Positions 28,336 to 41,987 of a DNA stretch of 64,000 nucleotides are shown here, piece after piece (the stretch's first letter is position 1; each line of letters begins with the position of its first letter). Both the position numbers and the translations under genes were made by a program. The notes below the pieces were generated by a model that saw only the letters and a program-made list of their open reading frames with translations, made no database searches and had not been told where the DNA came from. Origin of the DNA: Haliotis rufescens (lineage: Eukaryota). The stretch spans positions 17,298,001 to 17,362,000 of the forward strand of contig NW_025964383.1 of the NCBI RefSeq assembly GCF_023055435.1, given 5' to 3'.

Positions 28336-30264
28336 TTTCTAGGGCCTTCGGACACAACACTAGAATGCAGTCGGATGAAATACTACAGGAATTCAGTAGC
28401 GCCAAATTTGGATAATTGGAAAGTAGATGTGTTCGTTCTCACGGATTGAGATGAAGTGAAGGACTCCAGTCCGCGCAAAACATTTATACTGACCCTTAGT
28501 ATAAACATAGTAGTGGAGATTTATAGATCAAAGAGAGCATTTTCGAAGCCAGTGGCGAGATCAAAGCTACACTGCAACTTCATTAGGCTTTGATCCGAAA
28601 GGAATCTCACTGTCCACTTGAGAAACCAATCAACTTCTTGTCAAAACAAGTTTCCGTATAAAGGGAGAGGTCTGAGAAGAGTTCAACCAATCTAGTCCTG
28701 TTATCTCCAGGGATTATCAATCATTGTTAATTGATTAAATCGGGATTGATCAAACGGCGCAGTACGTTGTGATACTTAAAAATCCGATGTGGTTACTTCC
28801 GCATCCACAGAAACCAAGTCACAGAAACTTCTATCAGCTTGGAAATCGTGTGATGCTTCTCTGAACGTTTAGTTTAATTAAAAAACCCGAGAAAACCATG
28901 TCCACAATCCTAAGAAATCCTTACTCTGGTAGGCAAAGGCAAAGTGAATAAATGTACAGTCAAATCTTGAACTTATTGTACACATCTGTTTGAGGTCGTA
29001 AATGCTATGATAATCTGACCATTTTCCCAACCCGTCTTACATGATCGAAATACAGCACGTATGTTTTGAAGCATTTCAAATACTATTTTTTATGAATACC
29101 ATCATCATGGTATAATTGAAGCAGCTCATTTGGCTTAAGTATCTGGATATTAACCATCTTAGAAGCTTTTGGATGGACGTCGGCTACTTAAAAGGTTACT
29201 ATATAAATAAATAAATAGGCATGTACAATAAAGTTTATGTGTGTTAAATGATCTAGAGACATCATCTTCAGTGTATAACTGTCATGTTTTTGGGAGAATT
29301 ACAAAGCACGGTGTCATGATTTATATCTTTGAATACAGAATGCTGTTAAAGCACATGATGGAAATTGGAGTATGTTGCTAGATAAACATAAGCACGTTGT
29401 TAGCATTGTTTTTGAAAGATGCCCACTGTTTCATGTCAGGATATTCTGATCTTTACTTTTTAGTGCCTTTCAGGGGAATAGTATTCATCAAGTGCTGACT
29501 TGGATCAGAAATGTTATTTGGCCTGTGTTGATGTCAATGTTTCAATTTCCTTTTGTTTTCCATGCTGTCTACATTGACAATTTTTAACATGCATGACTCT
29601 CTCCTTAAGCACTTGGGCATGTACATTTCAAAAGGAAAGAGAAACAATTAAATGCTCTGATAATATGAAATACAACATGACATATATATCTCGCAGATCA
29701 ATATCATATGGGGTTGTGGTTCGTCTGTCTAAATCCTTTTGCTATAGGATCGGCATGGATACGGAAAACGAATTGCAACGTTCCAAACTGTATTTAATGT
29801 TATGGTGCAACCATTACATTGGAATCTCTTCTTCTCCATCATACCTAATGTCCAAATGTGTTTCATTTCAATTGATCTTATATTCAATAGTCTGTATCTT
29901 TTTCCTATTTCAAAGAATAGATTAAGGACGATATCTGCGAATGATTGCCATACTCAGAACCAAGTAAAATGATCGAAGGCTTGGTATTGTGAGATACCAT
30001 CTCAAATTAACCTTTTCTCTCTCTCACAAACTTTCTATACGAATGATGTCTTCAAGATGTCGTGAGCGTGTCAGCAAATGATCAAGATTATAATATCGAC
30101 TTCATTATTTATTTCCTCAGCATATTCATCAACAAACAAATGTGGTTTACAATATAATAGGATGCCCTTTGCACACTGTCAGGCAACATTTGTGTACAAT
30201 AACAAAAAATGAATAACAAGGTAAATGCAGCACTAGTTGATGTGGATGGGACTTGTGATTTCCC

Positions 30265-30886
30265 TTAGGCGTTTCTATGAAGTGCACTGTCGTCTACAGA
30301 CAAAGCTCGACTGAGAGTCGTCATATCGTAGCTGCTGTCGTTGCTGTATAGGTCTCCCTGGTCTTCGTCGTCCTCACTATATGAGCTGTCGGACAAGAGT
30401 TCCATGAAGGAAGCTTCATCGTCATTGAAAGAGGTATCTGCATTCCAGTCCGCCTCCGAATCACTCTCTGCAGAAGCATCTTTGGTGATGGCGTTTACAC
30501 AGGCTTGCACCTCTTGCCACTTGAGTTGTCTGTAGATGGTAAACATCTCCTTGACACCTTCCAGCACCCATCGTCTCTGGATCAGCTGTTCACCTCGGAT
30601 TATGCAGTTGTTGGAGGAGTTGGCTGTCATCTTCCGCATCAGATGGTAGACTTGGGTATCTGAAAACAATAAAACGGGTAATTAGAAATCTCGCTAAATG
30701 TGTTCACAACAATGTCATTTTATTTTGTTCAATTCTAAAATTCAGTGTGATACCAATATTGCCATGTTTGCAGGGGACTGAAAAAGAGCACAGTTCATAT
30801 TTACCTAATGTCAGGATCTCTTTCACTGCATTGTCGTGGGCAATAAGGAGACGTCTCAGCTTGATGGCAACTTGAACTGGATCCAT
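30265..30886 (-). CDS. Array gene copy 12 (158 aa, T to M variant)
   Basis: Same structure as copy 1. Confidence 0.78.
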
Positions 30887-32807
30887 TTTCTAGGGCCTTC
30901 GGACACAACACTAGAATGCAGTCGGATGAAATACTACAGGAATTCAGTAGCGCCAAATTTGGATAATTGGAAAGTAGATGTGTTCGTTCTCACGGATTGA
31001 GATGAAGTGAAGGACTCCAGTCCGCGCAAAACATTTATACTGACCCTTAGTATAAACATAGTAGTGGAGATTTATAGATCAAAGAGAGCATTTTCGAAGC
31101 CAGTGGCGAGATCAAAGCTACACTGCAACTTCATTAGGCTTTGATCCGAAAGGAATCTCACTGTCCACTTGAGAAACCAATCAACTTCTTGTCAAAACAA
31201 GTTTCCGTATAAAGGGAGAGGTCTGAGAAGAGTTCAACCAATCTAGTCCTGTTATCTCCAGGGATTATCAATCATTGTTAATTGATTAAATCGGGATTGA
31301 TCAAACGGCGCAGCACGTTGTGATACTTAAAAATCCGATGTGGTTACTTTCGCATCCACAGAAACCAAGTCACAGAAACTTCTATCAGCTTGGAAATCGT
31401 GTGATGCTTCTCTGAACGTTTAGTTTCAATTAAAAAACCCGAGAAAACCATGTCCACAATCCTAAGAAATCCTTACTCTGGTAGGCAAAGGCAAAGTGAA
31501 TAAATGTACAGTCAAATCTTGAACTTATTGTACACATCTGTTTGAGGTCGTAAATGCTATGATAATCTGACCATTTTCCCAACCCGTCTTACATGATCGA
31601 AATACAGCACGTATGTTTTGAAGCATTTCAAATACTATTTTTTATGAATACCATCATCATGGTATAATTGAAGCAGCTCAAGTATCTGGATATTAACCAT
31701 CTTAGAAGCTTTTGGATGGACGTCGGCTACTTAAAAGGTTACTATATAAATAAATAAATAGGCATGTACAATAAAGTTTATGTGTGTTAAATGATCTAGA
31801 GACATCATCTTCAGTGTATAACTGTCATGTTTTTGGGAGAATTACAAAGCACGGTGTCATGATTTATATCTTTGAATACAGAATGCTGTTAAAGCACATG
31901 ATGGAAATTGGAGTATGTTGCTAGATAAACATAAGCACGTTGTTAGCATTGTTTTTGAAAGATGCCCACTGTTTCATGTCAGGATATTCTGATCTTTACT
32001 TTTTAGTGCCTTTCAGGGGAATAGTATTCATCAAGTGCTGACTTGGATCAGAAATGTTATTTGGCCTGTGTTGATGTCAATGTTTCAATTTCCTTTTGTT
32101 TTCCATGCTGTCTACATTGACAATTTTTAACATGCATGACTCTCTCCTTAAGCACTTGGGCATGTACATTTCAAAAGGAAAGAGAAACAATTAAATGCTC
32201 TGATAATATGAAATACAACATGACATATATATCTCGCAGATCAATATCATATGGGGTTGTGGTTCGTCTGTCTAAATCCTTTTGCTATAGGATCGGAATG
32301 GATACGGAAAACGAATTGCAACGTTCCAAACTGTATTTAATGTTATGGTGCAACCATTACATTGGAATCTCTTCTTCTCCATCATACCTAATGTCCAAAT
32401 GTGTTTCATTTCAATTGATCTTATATTCAATAGTCTGTATCTTTTTCCTATTTCAAAGAATAGATTAAGGACGATATCTGCGAATGATTGCCATACTCAG
32501 AACCAAGTAAAATGATCGAAGGCTTGGTATTGTGAGATACCATCTCAAATTAACCTTTTCTCTCTCTCACAAACTTTCTATACGAATGATGTCTTCAAGA
32601 TGTCGTGAGCGTGTCAGCAAATGATCAATATTATAATATCGACTTCATTATTTATTTCCTCAGCATATTCATCAACAAACAAATGTGGTTTACAATATAA
32701 TAGGATGCCCTTTGCACACTGTCAGGCAACATTTGTGTACAATAACAAAAAATGAATAACAAGGTAAATGCAGCACTAGTTGATGTGGATGGGACTTGTG
32801 ATTTCCC

Positions 32808-33429
32808 TTAGGCGTTTCTATGAAGTGCACTGTCGTCTACAGACAAAGCTCGACTGAGAGTCGTCATATCGTAGCTGCTGTCGTTGCTGTATAGGTCTCC
32901 CTGGTCTTCGTCGTCCTCACTATATGAGCTGTCGGACAAGAGTTCCGTGAAGGAAGCTTCATCATCATTGAAAGAGGTATCTGCATTCCAGTCCGCCTCC
33001 GAATCACTCTCTGCAGAAGCATCTTTGGTGATGGCGTTTACACAGGCTTGCACCTCTTGCCACTTGAGTTGTCTGTAGATGGTAAACATCTCCTTGACAC
33101 CTTCCAGCACCCATCGTCTCTGGATCAGCTGTTCACCTCGGATTATGCAGTTGTTGGAGGAGTTGGCTGTCATCTTCCCCATCAGATGGTAGACTTGGGT
33201 ATCTGAAAACAATAAAACGGGTAATTAGAAATCTCGGTAAATGTGTTCACAACAATGTCATTTTATTTTGTTCAATTCTAAAATTCAGTGTGATACCACT
33301 ATTGCCATGTTTGCAGGGGACTGAAAAGGAGCACAGTTCATATTTACCTAATGTCAGGATCTCTTTCACTGCATTGTCGTGGGCAATAAGGAGACGTCTC
33401 AGCTTGATGGCAACTTGAACTGGATCCAT
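32808..33429 (-). CDS. Array gene copy 13 (158 aa, R to G variant)
   Basis: Same structure as copy 1. Confidence 0.78.
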
Positions 33430-35359
33430 TTTCTAGGGCCTTCGGACACAACACTAGAATGCAGTCGGATGAAATACTACAGGAATTCAGTAGCGCCAAA
33501 TTTGGATAATTGGAAAGTAGATGTGTTCGTTCTCACGGATTGAGATGAAGTGAAGGACTCCAGTCCGTGCAAAACATTTATACTGACCCTTAGTATAAAC
33601 ATAGTAGTGGAGATTTATAGATCAAAGAGAGCATTTTCGAAGCCAGTGGCGAGATCAAAGCTACACTGCAACTTCATTAGGCTTTGATCCGAAAGGAATC
33701 TCACTGTCCACTTGAGAAACCAATCAACTTCTTGTCAAAACAAGTTTCCGTATAAAGGGAGAGGTCTGAGAAGAGTTCAACCAATCTAGTCCTGTTATCT
33801 CCAGGGATTATCAATCATTGTTAATTGATTAAATCGGGATTGATCAAACGGCGCAGTACGTTGTGATACTTAAAAATCCGATGTGGCTACTTTCGCATCC
33901 ACAGAAACCAAGTCACAGAAACTTCTATCAGCTTGGAAATCGTGTGATGCTTCTCTGAACGTTTAGTTTCAATTAAAAAACCCGAGAAAACCATGTCCAC
34001 AATCCTAAGAAATCCTTACTCTGGTAGGCAAAGGCAAAGTGAATAAATGTACAGTCAAATCTTGAACTTATTGTACACATCTGTTTGAGGTCGTAAATGC
34101 TATGATAATCTGACCATTTTCCCAACCCGTCTTACATGATCGAAATACAGCACGTATGTTTTGAAGCATTTCAAATACTATTTTTTATGAATACCATCAT
34201 CATGGTATAATTGAAGCAGCTCATTTGGCTTAAGTATCTGGATATTAACCATCTTAGAAGCTTTTGGATGGACGTCGGCTACTTAAAAGGTTACTATATA
34301 AATAAATAAATAGGCATGTACAATAAAGTTTATGTGTGTTAAATGATCTAGAGACATCATCTTCAGTGTATAACTGTCATGTTTTTGGGAGAATTACAAA
34401 GCACGGTGTCATGATTTATATCTTTGAATACAGAATGCTGTTGAAGCACATGATGGAAATTGGAGTATGTTGCTAGATAAACATAAGCACGTTGTTAGCA
34501 TTGTTTTTGAAAGATGCCCACTGTTTCATGTCAGGATATTCTGATCTTTACTTTTTAGTGCCTTTCAGGGGAATAGTATTCATCAAGTGCTGACTTGGAT
34601 CAGAAATGTTATTTGGCCTGTGTTGATGTCAATGTTTCAATTTCCTTTTGTTTTCCATGCTGTCTACATTGACAATTTTTAACATGCATGACTCTCTCCT
34701 TAAGCACTTGGGCATGTACATTTCAAAAGGAAAGAGAAACAATTAAATGCTCTGATAATATGAAATACAACATGACATATATATCTCGCAGATCAATATC
34801 ATATGGGGTTGTGGTTCGTCTGTCTAAATCCTTTTGCTATAGGATCGGCATGGATACGGAAAACGAATTGCAACGTTCCAAACTGTATTTAATGTTATGG
34901 TGCAACCATTACATTGGAATCTCTTCTTCTCCATCATACCTAATGTCCAAATGTGTTTCATTTCAATTGATCTTATATTCAATAGTCTGTATCTTTTTCC
35001 TATTTCAAAGAATAGATTAAGGACGATATCTGCGAATGATTGCCATACTCAGAACCAAGTAAAATGATCGAAGGCTTGGTATTGTGAGATACCATCTCAA
35101 ATTAACCTTTTCTCTCTCTCACAAACTTTCTATACGAATGATGTCTTCAAGATGTCGTGAGCGTGTCAGCAAATGATCAATATTATAATATCGACTTCAT
35201 TATTTATTTCCTCAGCATATTCATCAACAAACAAATGTGGTTTACAATATAATAGGATGCCCTTTGCACACTGTCAGGCAACATTTGTGTACAATAACAA
35301 AAAATGAATAACAAGGTAAATGCAGCACTAGTTGATGTGGATGGGTCTTGTGATTTCCC

Positions 35360-35981
35360 TTAGGCGTTTCTATGAAGTGCACTGTCGTCTACAGACAAAG
35401 CTCGACTGAGAGTCGTCATATCGTAGCTGCTGTCGTTGCTGTATAGGTCTCCCTGGTCTTCGTCGTCCTCACTATATGAGCTGTCGGACAAGAGTTCCGT
35501 GAAGGAAGCTTCATCATCATTGAAAGAGGTATCTGCATTCCAGTCCGCCTCCGAATCACTCTCTGCAGAAGCATCTTTGGTGATGGCGTTTACACAGGCT
35601 TGCACCTCTTGCCACTTGAGTTGTCTGTAGATGGTAAACATCTCCTTGACACCTTCCAGCACCCATCGTCTCTGGATCAGCTGTTCACCTCGGATTATGC
35701 AGTTGTTGGAGGAGTTGGCTGTCATCTTCCCCATCAGATGGTAGACTTGGGTATCTGAAAACAATAAAACGGGTAATTAGAAATCTCGCTAAATGTGTTC
35801 ACAACAATGTCATTTTATTTTGTTCAATTCTAAAATTCAGTGTGATACCAATATTGCCATGTTTGCAGGGGACTGAAAAAGAGCACAGTTCATATTTACC
35901 TAATGTCAGGATCTCTTTCACTGCATTGTCGTGGGCAATAAGGAGACGTCTCAGCTTGATGGCAACTTGAACTGGATCCAT
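35360..35981 (-). CDS. Array gene copy 14 (coding intact; core promoter split by LINE copy A)
   Basis: Same exons as copy 1 (R to G variant); its TATA box is displaced to 39588-39582. Confidence 0.75.
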
Positions 35982-36103
35982 TTTCTAGGGCCTTCGGACA
36001 CAACACTAGAATGCAGTCGGATGAAATACTACAGGAATTCAGTAGCGCCAAATTTGGATAATTGGAAAGTAGATGTGTTCGTTCTCACGGATTGAAATGA
36101 AGT

Positions 36104-36114
36104 GAAGGACTCCA
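36104..36114 (+). repeat. Target-site duplication of LINE copy A, left copy GAAGGACTCCA (right copy GAAGGACTTCA at 39558-39568)
   Basis: 11-bp direct repeat with one mismatch at both junctions; empty units carry a single copy. Confidence 0.85.
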
Positions 36115-39100
36115 CTTACTTACTTACTTTGGAGATTTAACGTGCGCTTTCCGACTGATGCGTATTTCGCACACGGGCCCGGCCAGGCCATTTAATGTGT
36201 TTCCGAAAGGGGCGAAGGTGGTCTGTGCAACCCAAGAGGGAGGTTTTAGGGGTTGCTTATATAGAATTTGGGAATTTTGAGATTTGGAATAGATGCCGAT
36301 GGGATTGGGGAGGAGAACTAAGGGAGCTGGGTATGGTGGATGTTTGTTTGTTTATGTGATTTTGATTTGGTGAGTTATTGTGTTTTTAGATGCGTTTTAT
36401 TAGTTCCGTTTTGATTAAGAATACGCCTAAGGCCTTGAAGTTTTCTAGTTTATTTTGTGGGTTTAGTATTGCTTCTAGAGTTAGAGCCTTGTTTAGATTG
36501 AGGGTGGTTTGTAATGCGGTTCGATGTGTTAGGTAGTGTGTGCAGTGGATGAGTGCGTGTTCTGGGGTTTCTGGTTGTTTGCAGTGTGGGCAGTTACCTG
36601 TAGTGTGTTTTTTAATTTTTTTTAGGTGGTTATTTAGGTTGGTGTGTCCTGTTTGGAGTTTAGTGATTACTCTGTCGATTTTTTTGGATGGATGGAGAAT
36701 TTTTGGTTTGGTTAGTGGTTTGCTGAGCACTTTTTTGATTTGGCTATTTGAGTTTAGATATAGGTTATGCCATTTTTTGGTGATTTTTTGCTTGTTTACA
36801 CTTTTAATTTCTGATTTTGAGATGGGTAAGTTTAAGCTTATTTCTGGGATTTTGAGGGATAGTTTAGCTGCTTTATCGGCGTTTTCATTACCGTATATTC
36901 CTACGTGGGCGGGTATCCACAAGAAGGTTATTTGTTTGCCTGCCTTAGTTAGGTCGTTGGAGCTTTTAAGTATTTGATTTATTAATTTAGGTCGGTTTTT
37001 GGTATTTTTGTTTTGGAGGGCTTGCAGTCCACTTAGGGAGTCGGTAAGTATTAGGATTTTTTTGTGGTTTTTGGATTCTTGATTATGGAGGGCTGAGGCC
37101 ATGCCCATTAGTTCTGCCGTGAATATTGATTGGTTGTTTGGGAGTCGGAAGGATTGTGTGGTTTTAGTTGGTTGCGTGGTATGGACTCCGAAACCTGTGT
37201 GTTTGGAGGTCGGATCTGAGGATCCGTCCGTGTAAATGTGACACCAATTTGGCCAATTTTCGTGTATGTATGCTAGTGTGGTAGTTTTAGCTATGTTTGG
37301 GTCGGTTTGTTTATTTATTTGGCTAGCTAGTGTTGTGTCTATTTTGGGTATTTTAAGTTTAGGGGTGAAGATATTTGATTGTTTGCAGTTTTGTTTAAGA
37401 TTTTTAATTTGGTGTTCATTTAGGTAGTTTGTTATTCTTTGGGATATTGGGGTAAGTAAGGGGTGTTTACGAGCTAGAGCTTGGTTTTTGGGGCTGATGT
37501 TTTGGGTTATTAAGTTTTGGATGAGAGGGTTTGATTGGGACGCGGCCCAGAAATTTAAGCTTAGCTGTTCCCTGCGTAGACTTAGTGGCATTTCTCCTGT
37601 TAAGGCCTGAAGTGAGGTGTAGGAGGTGCCATGTTGGGTGCGTGTAATTAGTTTGAGAGCCTGATATTGTATTGAGTCAAGTTTTTTAGATAGAGAGTTG
37701 TTTAGGGTGTTGTATATGGCGCAGCCGTAGTCTAGTTTTGATCTAATTAGTGATATGTAGAGAGAGAGGAGGGTATCTTTGGATGCTCCCCAGTTAGAAC
37801 CAGTTAGGCATCTTAGGGTGTTTAGGTCTTTACTGCATTTAGTTGTTAGGTTTTGGATGTGAGCATCCCAGGTGAGATGTTCATCGAAAATAAGTCCTAA
37901 GAATTTGGTTTGTTTTTGAAATTTGATTGTTTGATTGTTTAGCTGGAGGATTGGGGAGGCGGGTTTCATGTTTTTATGTTTGAATACTATTCCTGTTGTT
38001 TTTTCTGAGTTAAGGGAGAAGCCCCATTTGTCAGCCCACTGTTGTATTTTATTAAGAGATTTTTGGAGTAAATTTTGGACCATGTTCATGCTTTTAGTGC
38101 GGATCCAGATGGCTCCATCATCCGCGAATTTTGATGTGTTTACTTTAGGGGATAGGCCCTCGAATAGATCGTTTATCATTATATTGAAGAGGGTGGGGCT
38201 GAGGATACTGCCCTGTGGAGTACCATTTTCTAGGGGACATTGGTCCGATAGAGTTTGGTCTATACCCACGGTTATTTTACGATTGTTTAGGAAGTCCTTG
38301 ATGTAGTTTATTATCTGACCTTTGAGTCCTATTTTTTTAAGTTTTTGTATTAGCCCATCGTGCCATACCATGTCGAAAGCTTTAGAGAAGTCTAAGAAGA
38401 TGCCTGTGGTATATTGTTTATTTAGCTGTCCTGTCTTAATATCTTGTTCTAGTCGGGTGAGGTTATCTAGGGTTGAGCGGCCAGGAGTGAAACCGCTTTG
38501 ATCTGGGTTTATGATGTTATTTTGGGTTAAGTAATGTTGTAATCTATTTTTAGCCATTGATTCCATTACTTTACATAAGTTTGAAGTTAGGGATATTGGT
38601 CTATATGAGTTAGCTTGATTAGCTGGTTTATTAGGTTTAGGGATTGGTATGACTAGGGCCTGTTTCCAGGGAGTAGGAACCTGTCCGTTTAGGTAGATGA
38701 GATTGTATAGTTTGAGTAGTGCCTGGAGTAGTTTTAGGGGGAGTTTTTTAATTATTTGGTAAGAAGTTAGGTCTAATCCTGGGGCTGTGCCCTTTTTCCT
38801 GTTTTGGATTACGTAGAGGAGCTCCTCCATTGTGTAGGGTTGATTTATTTCTAGATTGTTATTGTTTGGTTCTTTTGTGGGTTTGTTTTCTGTTTTAAGT
38901 TTATCTTGGATTTTTTTACTGAAGTTGGTGTTACTGCTAACGGCCGAAAAGTGGTTGGCGAGATTATTTGCTTTTTGGGCGGGGTTGGTTGAGTTGTCAA
39001 TGTTAGGGGTTTTTTTATGTCGTTTTAAGCCTCTGATGGCGTGGATTTTGCGCCAGACCGTTCTGGCATCTGTACGGTTATTTATACCTTCGCAGAATTT

Positions 39101-39557
39101 TTTCCAGTCTCTACTTTTGGCTATTTGGACTAGTTTTTGAACCTGGTGGTTTAGTTCGTGGGCTATGTTTAAATATTTGTAATCGCGTTTTGCTTTATTG
39201 AAGGCTGATTTACGTTTTCGTCTAGTCTGTTCTATTTCCTCATTCCACCATGGTACCGTCGGTTTGCCTGTCTTAGATGTTTTGAAGGGGATGGAGGTTT
39301 TGGCTGCGTTTATTATATAGTCTGTTAGGTTTTTACAATAGGTTTCTGGATCATTATTTTCTATTTCGTTTAGGTTAGCTTCGTTGCAGATATCTTGGAA
39401 TTGGTCCCAGTTAGCTTTATTGTAATGGAATTTTGGTTCTTGGTTTTCTGTTTGGATTGGTACGTTTGTATTTCCTATGGTTATGTTTATGGGGAAGTGG
39501 TCACTACCTAGCGGGACGTCGTGCACTTCCCATTGAGTACTTTGGGCTAGATCTGCG
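36115..39557 (-). mobile_element. Non-LTR retrotransposon copy A, I group (I/Nimb/Loa-like), 5'-truncated, about 3.44 kb
   Basis: Array sequence stops at ...GGACTCCA and resumes at GAAGGACTTCAGTCCGCG. Contains ORF2 with RT and RNase H, a ~270-bp 3'UTR and a (TAAG)3 tail. Confidence 0.95.
36386..39526 (-). CDS. ORF2 of LINE copy A, N-terminally truncated: end of APE domain, complete RT, RNase H, C-terminal CCHC
   Basis: Motifs GSDHFPI, PWWN, APGLD, YRPISLTS, QSGF, LDFSKAFD, GTPQGSILSP, FADD, KFLG, YTDGS, FTAEL, TDSLS, WIPAHVGIYGNENAD, CPHC-x7-H-x4-C. The listed start is an internal GTG. Confidence 0.93.
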   Translation of the reverse strand: MHDVPLGSDHFPINITIGNTNVPIQTENQEPKFHYNKANWDQFQDICNEANLNEIENNDPETYCKNLTDYIINAAKTSIPFKTSKTGKPTVPWWNEEIEQTRRKRKSAFNKAKRDYKYLNIAHELNHQVQKLVQIAKSRDWKKFCEGINNRTDARTVWRKIHAIRGLKRHKKTPNIDNSTNPAQKANNLANHFSAVSSNTNFSKKIQDKLKTENKPTKEPNNNNLEINQPYTMEELLYVIQNRKKGTAPGLDLTSYQIIKKLPLKLLQALLKLYNLIYLNGQVPTPWKQALVIPIPKPNKPANQANSYRPISLTSNLCKVMESMAKNRLQHYLTQNNIINPDQSGFTPGRSTLDNLTRLEQDIKTGQLNKQYTTGIFLDFSKAFDMVWHDGLIQKLKKIGLKGQIINYIKDFLNNRKITVGIDQTLSDQCPLENGTPQGSILSPTLFNIMINDLFEGLSPKVNTSKFADDGAIWIRTKSMNMVQNLLQKSLNKIQQWADKWGFSLNSEKTTGIVFKHKNMKPASPILQLNNQTIKFQKQTKFLGLIFDEHLTWDAHIQNLTTKCSKDLNTLRCLTGSNWGASKDTLLSLYISLIRSKLDYGCAIYNTLNNSLSKKLDSIQYQALKLITRTQHGTSYTSLQALTGEMPLSLRREQLSLNFWAASQSNPLIQNLITQNISPKNQALARKHPLLTPISQRITNYLNEHQIKNLKQNCKQSNIFTPKLKIPKIDTTLASQINKQTDPNIAKTTTLAYIHENWPNWCHIYTDGSSDPTSKHTGFGVHTTQPTKTTQSFRLPNNQSIFTAELMGMASALHNQESKNHKKILILTDSLSGLQALQNKNTKNRPKLINQILKSSNDLTKAGKQITFLWIPAHVGIYGNENADKAAKLSLKIPEISLNLPISKSEIKSVNKQKITKKWHNLYLNSNSQIKKVLSKPLTKPKILHPSKKIDRVITKLQTGHTNLNNHLKKIKKHTTGNCPHCKQPETPEHALIHCTHYLTHRTALQTTLNLNKALTLEAILNPQNKLENFKALGVFLIKTELIKRI

Positions 39558-41365
39558 GAAGGACTTCAGTCCGCGCAAAACATTTATACTGACCCTTAGT
39601 ATAAACATAGTAGTGGAGATTTATAGATCAAAGAGAGCATTTTCGAAGCCAGTAGCGAGATCAAAGCTACACTGCAACTTCATTAGGCTTTGATCCGAAA
39701 GGAATCTCACTGTCCACTTGAGAAACCAATCAACTTCTTGTCAAAACAAGTTTCCGTATAAAGGGAGAGGTCTGAGAAGAGTTCAACCAATCTAGTCCTG
39801 TTATCTCCAGGGATTATCAATCATTGTTAATTGATTAAATCGGGATTGATCAAACGGCGCAGTACGTTGTGATACTTAAAAATCCGATGTGGTTACTTTC
39901 GCATCCACAGAAACCAAGTCACAGAAACTTCTATCAGCTTGGAAATCGTGTGATGCTTCTCTGAACGTTTAGTTTCAATTAAAAAACCCGAGAAAACCAT
40001 GTCCACAATCCTAAGAAATCCTTACTCTGGTAGGCAAAGGCAAAGTGAATAAATGTACAGTCAAATCTTGAACTTATTGTACACATCTGTTTGAGGTCGT
40101 AAATGCTATGATAATCTGACCATTTTCCCAACCCGTCTTACATGATCGAAATACAGCACGTATGTTTTGAAGCATTTCAAATACTATTTTTTATGAATAC
40201 CATCATCATGGTATAATTGAAGCAGCTCATTTGGCTGAAGCATCTATATATTAACCATCTTAGAAGCTTTTGGATGGACGTCGGCTACTTAAAAGGTTAC
40301 TATATAAATAAATAAATAGGCATGTACAATAAAGTTTATGTGTGTTAAATGATCTAGAGACATCATCTTCAGTGTATAACTGTCATGTTTTTGGGAGAAT
40401 TACAAAGCACGGTGTCATGATTTATATCTTTGAATACAGAATGCTGTTAAAGCACATAATGGAAATTGGAGTATGTTGCTAGATAAACATAAGCACGTTG
40501 TTAGCATTGTTTTTGAAAGATGCCCACTGTTTCATGTCAGGATATTCTGATCTTTACTTTTTAGTGCCTTTCAGGGGAATAGTATTCATCAAGTGCTGAC
40601 TTGGATCAGAAATGTTATTTGGCCTGTGTTGATGTCAATGTTTCAATTTCCTTTTGTTTTCCATGCTGTCTACATTGACAATTTTTAACATGCATGACTC
40701 TCTCCTTAAGCACTTGGGCATGTACATTTCAAAAGGAAAGAGAAACAATTAAATGCTCTGATAATATGAAATACAACCTGACATATATATCTCGCAGATC
40801 AATATCATATGGGGTTGTGGTTCGTCTGTCTAAATCCTTTTGCTATAGGATCGGCATGGATACGGAAAACGAATTGCAACGTTCCAAACTGTATTTAATG
40901 TTATGGTGCAACCATTACATTGGAATCTCTTCTTCTCCATCATACCTAATGTCCAAATGTGTTTCATTTCAATTGATCTTATATTCAATAGTCTGTATCT
41001 TTTTCCTATTTCAAAGAATAGATTAAGGACGATATCTGCGAATGATTGCCATACTCAGAACCAAGGAAAATGATCGAAGGCTTGGTATTGTGAGATACCA
41101 TCTCAAATTAACCTTTTCTCTCTCTCACAAACTTTCTATACGAATGATGTCTTCAAGATGTCGTGAGCGTGTCAGCAAATGATCAAGATTATAATATCGA
41201 CTTCATTATTTATTTCCTCAGCATATTCATCAACAAACAAATGTGGTTTACAATATAATAGGATGCCCTTTGCACACTGTCAGGCAACATTTGTGTACAA
41301 TAACAAAAAATGAATAACAAGGTAAATGCAGCACTAGTTGATGTGGATGGGACTTGTGATTTCCC

Positions 41366-41987
41366 TTAGGCGTTTCTATGAAGTGCACTGTCGTCTACAG
41401 ACAAAGCTCGACTGAGAGTCGTCATATCGTAGCTGCTGTCGTTGCTGTATAGGTCTCCCTGGTCTTCGTCGTCCTCACTATATGAGCTGTCGGACAAGAG
41501 TTCCGTGAAGGAAGCTTCATCATCATTGAAAGAGGTATCTGCATTCCAGTCCGCCTCCGAATCACTCTCTGCAGAAGCATCTTTGGTGATGGCGTTTACA
41601 CAGGCTTGCACCTCTTGCCACTTGAGTTGTCTGTAGATGGTAAACATCTCCTTGACACCTTCCAGCACCCATCGTCTCTGGATCAGCTGTTCACCTCGGA
41701 TTATGCAGTTGTTGGAGGAGTTGGCTGTCATCTTCCGCATCAGATGGTAGACTTGGGTATCTGAAAACAATAAAACGGGTAATTAGAAATCTCGCTAAAT
41801 GTGTTCACAACAATGTCATTTTATTTTGTTCAATTCTAAAATTCAGTGTGATACCAATATTGCCATGTTTGCAGGGGACTGAAAAAGAGCACAGTTCATA
41901 TTTACCTAATGTCAGGATCTCTTTCACTGCATTGTCGTGGGCAATAAGGAGACGTCTCAGCTTGATGGCAACTTGAACTGGATCCAT
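41366..41987 (-). CDS. Array gene copy 15 (coding intact; core promoter split by LINE copy B)
   Basis: Same exons as copy 1; its TATA box is displaced to 48061-48055. Confidence 0.75.

Noticed and set aside
36150-36215. Hammerhead ribozyme suggested by CTGATG...GAAA in the LINE 3'UTR
   Set aside because: The core is CTGATGC rather than CTGANGA, it lies antisense to the element, and I could not build the three stems.
38297-38959. The 663-bp deletion as a spliced-out GC-AG intron
   Set aside because: The ends can be read as GC...AG, but the donor (GCCAAC) and the A-rich acceptor are poor matches. A template jump or DNA deletion is more likely.
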